Source: Terriglobia bacterium (GTDB taxonomy: Bacteria; Acidobacteriota; Terriglobia; JAJPHL01; JAPKYU01). From it: DNA of 64,000 nucleotides. This document shows positions 41,180-50,739 of this stretch, piece after piece. Under the pieces are notes generated by a model. It ran no database searches. It was not told the DNA's origin and saw nothing but the letters and a program-made list of their open reading frames with translations. A program made the translations under genes and the position numbers. The stretch is from NCBI GenBank assembly GCA_965206645.1, contig CBDBKE010000004.1, positions 96,001 through 160,000 on the forward strand, read 5' to 3'. Position 1 is the stretch's first letter; the number at the start of each line of letters is the position of its first letter.

Positions 41180-42253
41180 TTAGACTCCGGGGAAGGGAAG
41201 CGAGGACACTTCCGCAGTTGTGCCTTCCACCTGGACGTGCGCTCCTGGCTCGGAGAATTCGTGGCGGAGGTAGGCCAGGGCGATAGGTTTGCCCAGGGCG
41301 AAGGAGTGGGCGGCGCTCGTGAGGCGCCCAATTTCGCGGCCGCCGTCGCGGTCGCCGGCCGCGATCTTCATCCCGACGCGCAGCGGAGCCCCGGCCGGCG
41401 CCACCAGCCCCACCAGCTTGCGATTCACTTTGCCGCGCGAGCGCACCCGCTCGACGATTTCCTGTCCCAGGTAGCAGCCCTTGGTGAAGCTGAGGGCGCG
41501 GAACTGGCCGGTTTCCTGAGGGATGTTGTTCTCTTCGATGTCGGCGCCGTAGCGCGGGGTGCCAGCCTCGATGCGAGCCACTTCCAATGCCGCGAATCCC
41601 ACGGGCCGTCCGCCCAGCGGGCGGGCTGCTTCCACCAGCGCTTGCCACAGTTCCGGTAGGCGCTCGACCGGAGCTACAATCCAGAACCCTTCCCCGGTCA
41701 GAGCCGTCCGGACCAGCAGGAAGTTGGGATTTCCGTCCGGACTCAGGTGAGCCAGTGGCGCGGTCGGTAGTTCGTCCACGCCTAACGCCGCCGACACCAC
41801 CTGCGGAGCCGCCGGTCCCTCGACCGCCAGGGTTCCCAGGTGCGCCGAGCGATCCTCCAGCTCCACTTCATCCATGATGATGTAGCGCTCCAGCGTCGTC
41901 AGCAGCTTCTCGGTCACCAACGGCTCACAGTCCAGCAGCAGACGTTCGGGCTGGGCCAGTACGTTCAGGTCCGCCAGGATGTGTCCCTGGGCGTTGAGCA
42001 GGAAGCAGTAATTGCCCTGGCCGGGCTGGAGCTGTTCCACGTCGTTCGACACCATGCCTTGCAGGAAGCGCGCGCGATCTTCTCCGGTGGTCACCAGCTT
42101 CCCACGAAAGGAAAGGTCCACGATGCCCGCTGCGCGCCGCAGCGCCTGGTATTCGGCCTCCACGCTGCCAAAGTTTTCCGGAATCTCCCAGCCGTGGTAA
42201 GCGCAGAACTGCGCGCCAGCCGCGTTGTGAACAGAGTTGAGGACAGTGCGCAT
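41180..42253 (-). CDS. GcvT/YgfZ-family folate-binding protein
   Basis: DLSFRG, FLQGMVSND, and the KGCYLGQE YgfZ signature. Confidence 0.9.
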   Translation of the reverse strand: MRTVLNSVHNAAGAQFCAYHGWEIPENFGSVEAEYQALRRAAGIVDLSFRGKLVTTGEDRARFLQGMVSNDVEQLQPGQGNYCFLLNAQGHILADLNVLAQPERLLLDCEPLVTEKLLTTLERYIIMDEVELEDRSAHLGTLAVEGPAAPQVVSAALGVDELPTAPLAHLSPDGNPNFLLVRTALTGEGFWIVAPVERLPELWQALVEAARPLGGRPVGFAALEVARIEAGTPRYGADIEENNIPQETGQFRALSFTKGCYLGQEIVERVRSRGKVNRKLVGLVAPAGAPLRVGMKIAAGDRDGGREIGRLTSAAHSFALGKPIALAYLRHEFSEPGAHVQVEGTTAEVSSLPFPGV

Positions 42254-42404
42254 GGCGAGCCGACTTGTCAACCAACCTCCTAAGAGTTGAATACACCGTT
42301 GGGGGTGCAACTGGCAAGCGCCATTCCAGCTTCCCTATAATGCCGGCCTCGCTATAATGAAAGCCCCGGGGGGATGCCATTCTAACCCTAAGGTTGTCTG
42401 CAGC

Positions 42405-43058
42405 ATGATCCACGAGATTCTGCCGGTAGGCTGGTTGCAGTGCAATTGCTCGATCTTTGGCGACCGGGAGGGCGGGGAAGCGATCGTCATTGATCCTGGC
42501 GACGAGATTGAGCGCGTCCTGGCAGTGCTGCGCCGCCACCGCTTGAAGCTCACCCTGATCGCCGTCACCCACGCTCACATTGACCACATCGGGGGGGCAA
42601 GGAAGCTCAAGCAGGCCACCGGCGCGCCCGTCTACCTGCACGAGGCTGACCTGTGGCTGGCGCAAGCACTGCCGCAGCAGGCGCAGATGATCGGGCTGCC
42701 CGAGGGGGAGGCGCCGGAAGCGCTCGAGGCGCCCGACGCGCTGCTGCGGGAAGGCGACACGGTGCGCGTCGGGCCGGCTACCGGCAGCGTCCTTCACAGC
42801 CCCGGTCACACGGAGGGCAGTGTCTGCCTGTACTTTCCCGACGCTGGCGGCAGCAAGAAGCTGTTCGCCGGCGACACCCTGTTTCAGGGCAGCATCGGAC
42901 GAACGGATCTGCCCGGCGGCGACACCGACCAAATCTTGCGTTCGCTCCAAACCAAATTGCTGGCGCTGGACGACGACACCGTGGTGGTGCCGGGTCACGG
43001 CCCGCTGACCACCATTGGCCGCGAGCGCGCCGAGAACCCCTTCCTGCAAGGCCTGTAG
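42405..43058 (+). CDS. MBL-fold metallo-hydrolase (glyoxalase II-like)
   Basis: THAHIDH, SPGHTEG, GDTLF, PGHG. Confidence 0.93.
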   Translation: MIHEILPVGWLQCNCSIFGDREGGEAIVIDPGDEIERVLAVLRRHRLKLTLIAVTHAHIDHIGGARKLKQATGAPVYLHEADLWLAQALPQQAQMIGLPEGEAPEALEAPDALLREGDTVRVGPATGSVLHSPGHTEGSVCLYFPDAGGSKKLFAGDTLFQGSIGRTDLPGGDTDQILRSLQTKLLALDDDTVVVPGHGPLTTIGRERAENPFLQGL

Positions 43059-43083
43059 CCCGCCCGTGTTGGGGCTTTACTGT

Positions 43084-43140
43084 CAAGTCGTGACTGGGCA
43101 AGTGGTGACTGGGCAAGTGATGAATGGGCAGGTGGTGATT
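43084..43140. repeat. 15-bp tandem repeat (CAAGTGGTGACTGGG-like, about 4 units)
   Basis: caagtcgtgactggg caagtggtgactggg caagtgatgaatggg caggtggtgatt. Confidence 0.7.
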
Positions 43141-43208
43141 TCGACACGTCCTCTTTGTGGCGTTGCCAGTGCCGCGTGGGCAAAGAGGGCAAAGAAAGGC
43201 TAGCCCGC

Positions 43209-44195
43209 ATGGATGAAATGAATGCAATGGATGGATCAGGCAACCTGGCCTGGCAGTTCTTGGACCAGCACCTGGAAGCCGGTCATGAAGAGCGGCCGGC
43301 GTTGCTCACTGCCGGCGCAACTCACACTTATGGGGAACTGACGGAATTGAGCAACCGCGCTGCCGGAGTATTTCGCGACCTGAGTGTGGGCCGCCGGGAG
43401 CATGTATTGCTGGCTCTGCCCAACGGCGCGGAGCTGGTGGCAGCCTTGCTGGGCGCGCTGCGACTGGGCGCCGTCGCTGTGCCCGTGAACCCGCTTTCCC
43501 GGGCGAGCGAGTTGCTGGCGTTGATCCAGGATTGCGCGCCTCGGGTGCTGGTGGTGGATGAGCTTGCGCTGGGCGAGCTGAAGCAGTGCCGCCAGCATGT
43601 TCGGCCCGAAGGCCTGCTGGTAGTGGGAGAGACCGCGCCCGAGTGGTCGTGGCGGCACCGAATCGAGGATGTGGAACCCCACGCTGAAACTCCAGAGGGG
43701 GCGCCCGAAGACCCGGTGGTGTTCCTGTACGCTCCCGCTCCCGGGGGCGAATTCCAAGGTGTCTACTACCGCCAGGAGCATCTGCTCCATTGGAGCCAGC
43801 AGCTCGGCCGCCGTTTAGTTAATATTGACTGTCAGGATCGTGTCTACTCGACTCTTCCCATCTGGTCGGCCTGGGGGCTGCTCGCCAGCTTGGCCTTGCC
43901 TTTTTCGTCAGGCGCAGCGACAGTGCTGGAGTCGCAAGAGGTCACAGCGGAGGCGGCGGTTGGCGCTATCGCGCGTTTTCGTCCTTCACTCTTCTTCACG
44001 GCCACGTGGTTGTACAGCACGCTGCTCCAGACGCCGGGCGAGTTCGACCGCACATCCCTTCGGCAGGCGATTGCGGTTGGGGAGAGCCTGCCCGCCGAGG
44101 TCGCCCGCCGGTTCCGTGAGCGCTTCGGGGTGGAGCTGCTGCAGGGCTTGAGCCTGGACGAGATGGCGCAGGTCGCGCCCTCCGGCACGGATTAG
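43209..44195 (+). CDS. Truncated, catalytically degenerate AMP-binding (aryl/acyl-CoA ligase-like) protein
   Basis: TYGEL, LGAVAVPVNP, GESLP and FGVELLQG match the ANL N-domain. The P-loop reads YAPAPGGEFQG and the protein ends at about 328 aa. Confidence 0.7.
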   Translation: MDEMNAMDGSGNLAWQFLDQHLEAGHEERPALLTAGATHTYGELTELSNRAAGVFRDLSVGRREHVLLALPNGAELVAALLGALRLGAVAVPVNPLSRASELLALIQDCAPRVLVVDELALGELKQCRQHVRPEGLLVVGETAPEWSWRHRIEDVEPHAETPEGAPEDPVVFLYAPAPGGEFQGVYYRQEHLLHWSQQLGRRLVNIDCQDRVYSTLPIWSAWGLLASLALPFSSGAATVLESQEVTAEAAVGAIARFRPSLFFTATWLYSTLLQTPGEFDRTSLRQAIAVGESLPAEVARRFRERFGVELLQGLSLDEMAQVAPSGTD

Positions 44196-44296
44196 CTGGC
44201 GTGTAGTAAAATGATTTGGGGAATCCGCCGTGGTATGGCTCCGCGCTAACACACCAGACATCAACTCTGAGCGGAAGCATTAGGGAGGGTAAGGAT

Positions 44297-45196
44297 ATGG
44301 CAGAGCCCTGGAATTTCCTGGACGAACAGTACCGCCTGAAGGTGGGACTGGCGGAGATGCTCAAAGGCGGGGTCATCATGGATGTGATCAATGCCGAGCA
44401 TGCGGAAATCGCCGAGAAGGCGGGGGCGGTAGCAGTGATGGCCCTGGAGCGGGTGCCGGCTGACATTCGGCGGGAAGGGGGTGTGGCCCGCATGGCTCCC
44501 GTCAAGACCATCCGCGCCATCATGAGCACCGTCTCCATCCCGGTGATGGCCAAGGTGCGCATCGGGCACTTCACCGAGGCGCAGGTGCTGGAGGCGCTGG
44601 AGGTGGATTTCATTGACGAAAGCGAAGTGCTGACCCCGGCCGACGAGCAGCACCACATCCACAAGAGTGGCTTCAAGGTGCCGTTCGTCTGCGGCGCGCG
44701 GAACCTGGGTGAGGCGCTGCGGCGCATCGCCGAGGGCGCGGCCATGATCCGAACCAAGGGAGAAGCCGGCTCGGGCAACGTCGTGGAAGCGGTTCGGCAC
44801 ATGCGAGCCATCGTGGGAGAGATGCGCCGGCTGACAGTGCTGGGCGAGGACGAGCTGATGGCGAAATCCAAAGAGCTGGGGGCGCCGCTGGAGCTGGTGC
44901 GCTGGGTGGCCCAGAATGGCCGCTTGCCGGTTCCCAATTTCTCTGCCGGCGGCATCGCGACTCCCGCCGACGCGGCGCTGGTGATGCAGTTGGGGGCCGA
45001 GACGGTTTTTGTCGGCTCGGGCATCTTTAAGTCTTCGGACCCGGAGGTGCGCGCCCGCGCCGTCGTGACCGCCACGACTCATTTCAATGAGCCGAAGGTG
45101 TTGCTGGAGTGCTCGGAAATGCTGGGGGAGGCCATGCGCGGGCTTGACATCGCGGCCCTGGAGGAGAAGGAGCTGCTGCAAACGCGCGGCTGGTAA
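44297..45196 (+). CDS. pdxS: Pyridoxal 5'-phosphate synthase lyase subunit
   Basis: [38 protein letters not shown]. Confidence 0.98.
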   Translation: MAEPWNFLDEQYRLKVGLAEMLKGGVIMDVINAEHAEIAEKAGAVAVMALERVPADIRREGGVARMAPVKTIRAIMSTVSIPVMAKVRIGHFTEAQVLEALEVDFIDESEVLTPADEQHHIHKSGFKVPFVCGARNLGEALRRIAEGAAMIRTKGEAGSGNVVEAVRHMRAIVGEMRRLTVLGEDELMAKSKELGAPLELVRWVAQNGRLPVPNFSAGGIATPADAALVMQLGAETVFVGSGIFKSSDPEVRARAVVTATTHFNEPKVLLECSEMLGEAMRGLDIAALEEKELLQTRGW

Positions 45197-45198
45197 AG

Positions 45199-45813
45199 AT
45201 GGGGGAAGCCGAAACTCGGAAACCGAGCAAGAACGGCGCGCGCATCGGCGTACTTGCGGTGCAGGGTGATTTCGAGGCTCATGCCCGCGCCCTGCGCCAC
45301 GTCGGGGCCACGCCGGTACTGGTGAAGCATGCGCGACAGGTGGCCCAGGTGGATGGACTCATTCTGCCTGGCGGCGAGAGCACCACGTTGCTGAAGTTCC
45401 TCAGCGAAGACGGCTTGCTGGAAGCCATCCGCGAGATGGCGGCCAAGGGTCGGCCGCTTTTCGGCACCTGCGCCGGCGCCATCCTGATGGCCAGCGAGGT
45501 CAGCAGTCCTCCACAACGCAGTCTGGCTCTGATGGACATTGCAGTTCGTCGCAATGGTTATGGCCGCCAGTTGTCCAGTTTCATCACCCGAGAAAGTCCC
45601 GTTGGCGGCTGGTCCGATTCTTCATTGGAGATGGTCTTTATCCGCGCGCCCATCATTGAACGGGTTGGGCCGGGAGTTCAGGTGCTGGCTGAATGCCGGG
45701 GTTCGGCGGTGCTGGTGCGCCAACAGTACCTGTTGGCCGCTACGTTCCACCCGGAATTGACCCCCGACCCTCGCCTCCATCAATATTTCCTCACCATGGT
45801 CGAGGGGCGCTGA
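45199..45813 (+). CDS. pdxT: PLP synthase glutaminase subunit
   Basis: GVLAVQGDF, PGGEST, GTCAG, FIRAP, FHPE. Confidence 0.97.
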   Translation: MGEAETRKPSKNGARIGVLAVQGDFEAHARALRHVGATPVLVKHARQVAQVDGLILPGGESTTLLKFLSEDGLLEAIREMAAKGRPLFGTCAGAILMASEVSSPPQRSLALMDIAVRRNGYGRQLSSFITRESPVGGWSDSSLEMVFIRAPIIERVGPGVQVLAECRGSAVLVRQQYLLAATFHPELTPDPRLHQYFLTMVEGR

Positions 45814-45851
45814 AGCGAGGCGGCGCAGCCGCGGGAATCACCTCAATTAAA

Positions 45852-47510
45852 CCGGAATTTCCATTTTGAGCTTCCCCTTCACCCGAAAACCTATGCCTCT
45901 TACCCTGTCGTGTCAATCGCAAATCGCCCGGGCCTCTTTGAGGTGGTAGTGCGGCACATTTTGGCTGTTCTTCGGAGTCGCTGTGCGGGTTTCGCCTGCC
46001 CAGCCTGCCTCGCCGCTGACACTTGTCCGGCCCGACCACTTCTGAGCACCTAAAATTACCCTCTCTCCTGGGTCGCTAGCCGTCTGGCAGCGGCAGTGCC
46101 GAGATCGTTCGCAGCATGCTGCTGAACAGCCTCCGGCTCAAGTGCCCTTCGGCCAGCAAAAGCCAGTAATATCGCGCATGTTTCACCAGCCGTCCTCCCG
46201 TTTTCACCAGCCGCTGCTGCAAACTCGTCAGCGACCAGTTGTTGATCCTCTTCGGTAGCACCAGCCGCCGCCACAGGTTTCCCAAGTTGTAGGCGATCAG
46301 GCTCAGCCATAGGCGCACCTCGTTCGACCGAAACCGATGGCAACTCAGCCGGGTCATCTTTACCGCCTGCTTGCCTTCCTTGATCCATTGCTCTGCGGTG
46401 CCCCGCTTGTTGTAGAACCGGACCACCGCCCGGCTGTCGGTCTCCAGATTGGTGACGATGAACCCCACGCGAGGGAACAGTTCGCCAAAGTGGAACTCCA
46501 CCTTCGCCACCACCCGCCGCGCCTTTTTCCAACTGGCTGCCTGGTAGAGAAAGCTCTTGTACCAGACCACCGGCTTGTGGCTCGGTCGCCCCACTGACCG
46601 CGTCAACAACTCCGCGATGTCCCTCTCCAGACTGTCGTTGGCCGGGATGCGAATCGCATACTTCACGTCCCGCTCCTCCAGTGCGTCGTAGATCTCCGGC
46701 TTGGCGAAGGCGGCGTCGGCGCGAAACACCACTTCCTTGCCCAGCTTCTGCTGCCGTTCGATCTCTGGCAGGAGAAGTTCTTCCCAATCCTCGGCGCTGT
46801 GCACGTTGCCGGGTCGCAGCTTGGCCGCCAGACAGTCACCCTCGCGACTGAACAGCAACAACGGGTGATAGCAACTCGACTCGAAATGCCCGTTGTAGGC
46901 GCTCTGCTCCTGTTCGCCGTAGACCGGGATCTCGGTGCTGTCCATGTCCAGCACCACCCGGCGCGGCGCATCCATAGCTTCCGCCCTGGCGATCAAATCC
47001 CGGTTGATCGCTGCCAAACCAGCAAGGTTCTCGTCTTGCGTCAGCAGTTCTGTCTCGAACGACTGTAACCGGGAAGTCAGGGCTGCGCCACGTTCCCAGA
47101 TCTTCTCCGAACCGATCAGCCGGAACGTCGGATCTTGGGAAAGCCGCTCGGCGTCGTTGACGTCTTCGTATCCTGCCAAGCGGCTGTAGATGGACTGCCG
47201 CAGCAAGTCAGCGAGGGGCAACCGGGTGTTCTTCCCCCGAGAGTCGATCAAGTGCTGTTCGATAAGTTCGCCGAACCCCAAACGTTCGTCCAACTCGCGC
47301 ACCACAATCAGACCGCCGTCGGAAGTGATTCGCGATCCCTGAAATGTGACCCGCAGAAACCGGTTGAATGACAGTTGAAACGCCTGTTTTTGGCTCTCAC
47401 CCATTCGGTGTACACCTCCGGAAGGCAATGTTGATGCTGGAACCCGCATCAATACTGACGTTGGAGTCATTCAGAAGGTTGCCGCCGATAGTTCATAAAG
47501 GAAATCCGGG
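45852..47510 (-). mobile_element. Complete IS1380-family insertion sequence (1659 bp)
   Basis: Imperfect terminal IRs CCGGAATTTCCATTTTGA / CCCGGATTTCCTTTATGA; TTAAA direct repeats at 45847-45851 and 47511-47515. Confidence 0.92.
46076..47404 (-). CDS. IS1380-family DDE transposase
   Basis: ITSDGGL, LAGYEDVND, LDMDST, YHPL, FRADAAF, YNKRGTAEQWIKEGK. Start likely ATG 47404. Confidence 0.95.
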   Translation of the reverse strand: MGESQKQAFQLSFNRFLRVTFQGSRITSDGGLIVVRELDERLGFGELIEQHLIDSRGKNTRLPLADLLRQSIYSRLAGYEDVNDAERLSQDPTFRLIGSEKIWERGAALTSRLQSFETELLTQDENLAGLAAINRDLIARAEAMDAPRRVVLDMDSTEIPVYGEQEQSAYNGHFESSCYHPLLLFSREGDCLAAKLRPGNVHSAEDWEELLLPEIERQQKLGKEVVFRADAAFAKPEIYDALEERDVKYAIRIPANDSLERDIAELLTRSVGRPSHKPVVWYKSFLYQAASWKKARRVVAKVEFHFGELFPRVGFIVTNLETDSRAVVRFYNKRGTAEQWIKEGKQAVKMTRLSCHRFRSNEVRLWLSLIAYNLGNLWRRLVLPKRINNWSLTSLQQRLVKTGGRLVKHARYYWLLLAEGHLSRRLFSSMLRTISALPLPDG

Positions 47511-47515
47511 TTAAA

Positions 47516-47686
47516 CCCCCATTTTCAAAAGCGCAGTACTCACGCTGGGCGAATGGTACTTTTATGATCGGACGGTTCGGGGAAGCCGACCGCATCTAGC
47601 AGCAGGTCCTCGTCCTGCAGCCCAATGCCCCCGACTACCTGGCCTCCCGCGCCGCGCTCCGCAAGGTCCTGAATCGTCCCCCGTAG
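47516..47686 (+). pseudogene. 3'-end relic of a paralog of the 47729 gene
   Basis: Reads GEADRI*QQVLVLQPNAPDYLASRAALRKVL versus EEADRMYQQGLVLRPNDPDYLNFRAAVRKIL; contains an internal TAG. Confidence 0.8.
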
Positions 47687-47728
47687 ACGGCCCGTGCAAT
47701 CCTTAACGTAGTATAGTGGCCGTAAAAA

Positions 47729-49102
47729 ATGAGCTTCTCCACCTGCATGAGCCTTCGGGGCCTGACGCTAGGCCGGGGCGCGGTGGCTTTGGTTCTGCTG
47801 ACCGGTCTGGTCTATGCACACTCGCTGGGCGGCGCCTTTATCTGGGACGACGAATGGCTCTACTTCGACAACCCGCGACTATTCAAGGAAACCGTGACGT
47901 CGGTGTTTAGCCGCGACTCCCATCTACTTGATCCGGAAAAGGCGCAGTACGTGGTTTACCGTCCGTTCCAGTTTTTGGCTCATTCCTGGCTCGCCCGGCT
48001 TACCGACCGGCAGTCCTTCGGACTGCACCTGGCTTCCGTCGCCGTGCACGCCGCCGCCGGCCTGCTTCTCTTCTTGCTGGTCCTGGAATTCGCCGAACTC
48101 CGAGTGGCCTGGTTCACGGCCGCCCTCTTCCTGGTCCATCCCCTGCATGTGGAAGCGGTGGCCTGGATGGCCGCCTTCTCCGAGGTGCTGGCCGGCGCCT
48201 TGATGTTGCTGAGCCTTTACGCCCTGCTGCGGGCTCGGGCCGGCCCAAGATGGCTGCTGGCCGTCAGCTACCTGGCCGCCACCATCGCTTTCTTGACGAA
48301 AGAAACAGCCCTGGCGCTGCCGCTGATGGCGGCGCTGTTTGTCGGTTGGCGGGCCTGGGCATTCTTTGCCATTGCCGGCGCCACGCTCCTGCTGCGTTTC
48401 TCGGCGCTCGGTCTTGCCGTCGGTCATCTGCACCAGCGCTCCGTGTTTGGGCACATCGACATCATCGGCGCAATTGCCTTGCAGTACGCGAAGAAGCTGA
48501 TTTGGCCGTGGCCGCTGGCTCCCGAGTACCACCTGGCGCATCCGCCCACCGCCTGGGTGGTCTTCGCGCTCGCCTGTGCGCTGGCAGGCTGGGCCGCTAC
48601 TCGGCACAAGGAAGTGCGGCGTGCGCTGCTGCTGCTCTTCCTAGCCTTGACCCCTGCGCTGGCGTCCAGCATCGTCCTGCCTCCTCTGCGGCAGGTGCAG
48701 GATCGCTACGCGTATGTCGCGGTCCTGGGCCTCGCCTTACTGATCGGGTACGCGACCCGCCACCGAGCGGGGGCCGCGGCTGCGCTGGCGTTGCTGCTGA
48801 TATGGAGCGCGCTTTCGGTGGCTGCCGTTCTGAATTGGCGCCATGCGGAGACGCTGTGGACTCACACCCTGTGCGTAACCCCCAGTTCCAAGACCGCCGT
48901 GTTGAGCCTGGGCCGCTTGTATTTCATAACCCGACGCTACGAGGAAGCTGACCGCATGTATCAGCAGGGCCTGGTCCTGCGGCCGAATGACCCCGACTAC
49001 CTGAACTTTCGCGCTGCAGTTCGAAAGATTCTGCACCCCGAGCAGCTCGCTGAACCCAACCGTTCGTCCAGTCTCGCACCAGGATCAGGCCGCCATCAGT
49101 AG
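47729..49102 (+). CDS. TMTC-like GT-C membrane glycosyltransferase with a single TPR
   Basis: AFIWDDEW, YRP, VHPLHVEAVAW, TKE, DRYAY motifs. The last ~20 codons lie in an IS remnant. Confidence 0.85.
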   Translation: MSFSTCMSLRGLTLGRGAVALVLLTGLVYAHSLGGAFIWDDEWLYFDNPRLFKETVTSVFSRDSHLLDPEKAQYVVYRPFQFLAHSWLARLTDRQSFGLHLASVAVHAAAGLLLFLLVLEFAELRVAWFTAALFLVHPLHVEAVAWMAAFSEVLAGALMLLSLYALLRARAGPRWLLAVSYLAATIAFLTKETALALPLMAALFVGWRAWAFFAIAGATLLLRFSALGLAVGHLHQRSVFGHIDIIGAIALQYAKKLIWPWPLAPEYHLAHPPTAWVVFALACALAGWAATRHKEVRRALLLLFLALTPALASSIVLPPLRQVQDRYAYVAVLGLALLIGYATRHRAGAAAALALLLIWSALSVAAVLNWRHAETLWTHTLCVTPSSKTAVLSLGRLYFITRRYEEADRMYQQGLVLRPNDPDYLNFRAAVRKILHPEQLAEPNRSSSLAPGSGRHQ

Positions 49103-49289
49103 TCGCCCGTGATCCTTGGAAAATCAGCACGAAAGAACCTATTGAGCGAGAGTTGAAAATGGTGGTTTTGGCTCTGATCCACTGGGTTTCTACCTCCGGA
49201 AGGCTGTCCTGAGGCTGGAACCGGCATGCATATCGGCGCTGGAGGTCAGGATACGGTTAGGTCTGAAATTTGGAAACGGATATGCGGGG
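49041..49289 (-). mobile_element. Decayed left end of a related IS1380-family element
   Basis: Aligns by eye with 47262-47510 (FQGSRATTDGGLIL vs FQGSRITSDGGLIV; shared ACCTCCGGAAGGC and GCTGGAACC) and is followed by TTAAA. Confidence 0.85.
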
Positions 49290-49383
49290 TTAAAGCTTCT
49301 GCAAAAGAAATCGGTTGACAAATCAAGAGATTGGAATTGAAATTGTCTTCCCCCCTTACCAAAGAAGTGAGGGAAAAGCCAAG

Positions 49384-49890
49384 ATGAGCAAACAGAGGGG
49401 TTTCTCGCTGATCGAGTTGCTGATCGTAGTGGCGATCATTTTGATTATTGCCGCAATTGCGATCCCCAACTTGTTGCGATCCCGCATGGCCGCCAACGAA
49501 GCGTCTGCCGTCAGCTCCATGCGATCGCTGAACACCGCCGAGCTAACATTCAACGCCACTTATGGTTCGGGTTATACGGAAAATCTAACCCGGCTGGGTC
49601 CGCCGGCGGCTGGCTCGCAAGCCGACTCCAATCGCGCCGACATAGTGGACCAGATTCTGGCGGGTATGGGTACGGGCGGCACGGCTACCAGCTTCATTAA
49701 GAGTGGCTATAGTTTCTCGTACGCTCCCACTGGCACCAACATGACCTTCGGGTTCATTGCCGCCTACGAGATCGCGGTAGACCCAGTGGTTCGTGGCTCC
49801 AGCGGCCAGCGTTCCTTCTATACCAACGAACCCCTGGTCATTCGTTTTAACCCCACGACCACGGCGACAGCTACCGACACGGTTCTCTAG
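49384..49890 (+). CDS. Type IV pilin 1 (prepilin N-terminal cleavage/methylation domain)
   Basis: MSKQRG|FSLIELLIVVAIILIIAAIAIPN class III signal with Glu5. Confidence 0.95.
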   Translation: MSKQRGFSLIELLIVVAIILIIAAIAIPNLLRSRMAANEASAVSSMRSLNTAELTFNATYGSGYTENLTRLGPPAAGSQADSNRADIVDQILAGMGTGGTATSFIKSGYSFSYAPTGTNMTFGFIAAYEIAVDPVVRGSSGQRSFYTNEPLVIRFNPTTTATATDTVL

Positions 49891-49930
49891 ACTGCTGCGC
49901 TCGGGCGGCGCCAAGAAGTGTCCACCCGGG

Positions 49931-49947
49931 GTGACGCTTTGTGTCAC
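49931..49947. promoter_or_regulatory. Candidate enhancer-binding-protein site (UAS)
   Basis: Palindrome GTGAC-N7-GTCAC about 105 bp upstream of the sigma54 motif. Confidence 0.5.
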
Positions 49948-50049
49948 TTCGCTGAGTTGCTCGCGTTTGCACAAGCGACGGTAAAAACCAACCTGTTGCT
50001 TGGTTTGAGTTTGTTCCTGCCCCGTGGGTCGTGGACGAGGCTTGCTGTT

Positions 50050-50065
50050 TGGAACAATGATTGCT
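50050..50065 (+). promoter_or_regulatory. sigma54 (-24/-12) promoter of pilin 2
   Basis: TGGAAC-AATGA-TTGCT: GG-N10-GC, close to the consensus TGGCAC-N5-TTGCW. Confidence 0.75.
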
Positions 50066-50152
50066 ACTCTTAGCGGCGCGGGGTTTATCCTGCAACTATA
50101 ACACACGAATACAGCCTCCCCTTGAAGGGGGGGCGGAAGGGCAAAAACAGAT

Positions 50153-50656
50153 ATGAAGAAGCAGAAGGGCTTTTCACTGATTGAGTTGTTGATTGTGGTG
50201 GCGATCATTTTGATTATCGCGGCTATCGCCATCCCGAACCTGCTGAGGTCCCGGATTGCCGCCAACGAGGCGTCTGTAACCAGTTCCTTGCGTACGTTGA
50301 ACACCGCGGAGATCACGTACGCCTCTACATATAACTCGGGCTTCACGGATGGATTGAACCGCCTTGGCCCACCGGCGTCCGGCAGCCAGGCCGATGCAAC
50401 CCGCGCCGATTTGGTGGACCCCGTACTTGCCGGGATTGAGGGGGGGTCGGACACCACGTTTACCAAGAGCGGGTACATCATCACCTTTGCTCCGACCGGC
50501 TCGAACACTACTTACGGGTTTATCGCTCAGTTCCTAACCAACGCGGATCCGGTCGCACGTGGCTCCAGCGGCCAGCGTTCCTTCTGCAGCAGCGAAGCCA
50601 ACGTGATCCGTTTCAATCCTACGGCCGTCGCCACGCTCACCGACACGCCGATCTAG
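50153..50656 (+). CDS. Type IV pilin 2 (probable major pilin)
   Basis: MKKQKG|FSLIELLIVVAIILIIAAIAIPN; collinear paralog of pilin 1; has its own sigma54 promoter and a 3' hairpin. Confidence 0.95.
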   Translation: MKKQKGFSLIELLIVVAIILIIAAIAIPNLLRSRIAANEASVTSSLRTLNTAEITYASTYNSGFTDGLNRLGPPASGSQADATRADLVDPVLAGIEGGSDTTFTKSGYIITFAPTGSNTTYGFIAQFLTNADPVARGSSGQRSFCSSEANVIRFNPTAVATLTDTPI

Positions 50657-50683
50657 TCGGCTCGGTGCATTTGTCCTGTTGAG

Positions 50684-50713
50684 GAAGGGAGAACCTCCCT
50701 GGGTTCTCCCTTC
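50684..50713 (+). terminator. 12-bp stem-loop after pilin 2 (no U-tract: partial terminator or mRNA stabiliser)
   Basis: GAAGGGAGAACC-tccctg-GGTTCTCCCTTC. Confidence 0.6.
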
Positions 50714-50739
50714 ACGCGTAGCGCGGGTCAAGTCAGGCT

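Noticed and set aside
43084-43140. 15-bp repeats as a CRISPR array
   Set aside because: The units are contiguous, short and have no spacers.
45852-49289. Active composite transposon carrying the 47729 gene
   Set aside because: The intact IS has its own target duplication and the second element is a short, diverged fragment. Independent insertions fit better.
49384-49890. Pilin 1 as a Neisseria-type silent cassette
   Set aside because: It retains a start codon, the full prepilin leader and the N-terminal helix, whereas silent pilS cassettes lack the 5' region.
49384-50656. Electrically conductive (Geobacter-type) pilins
   Set aside because: These are long pilins with no aromatic residue between Phe1 and about position 50, so the characteristic N-terminal aromatic pattern is absent.
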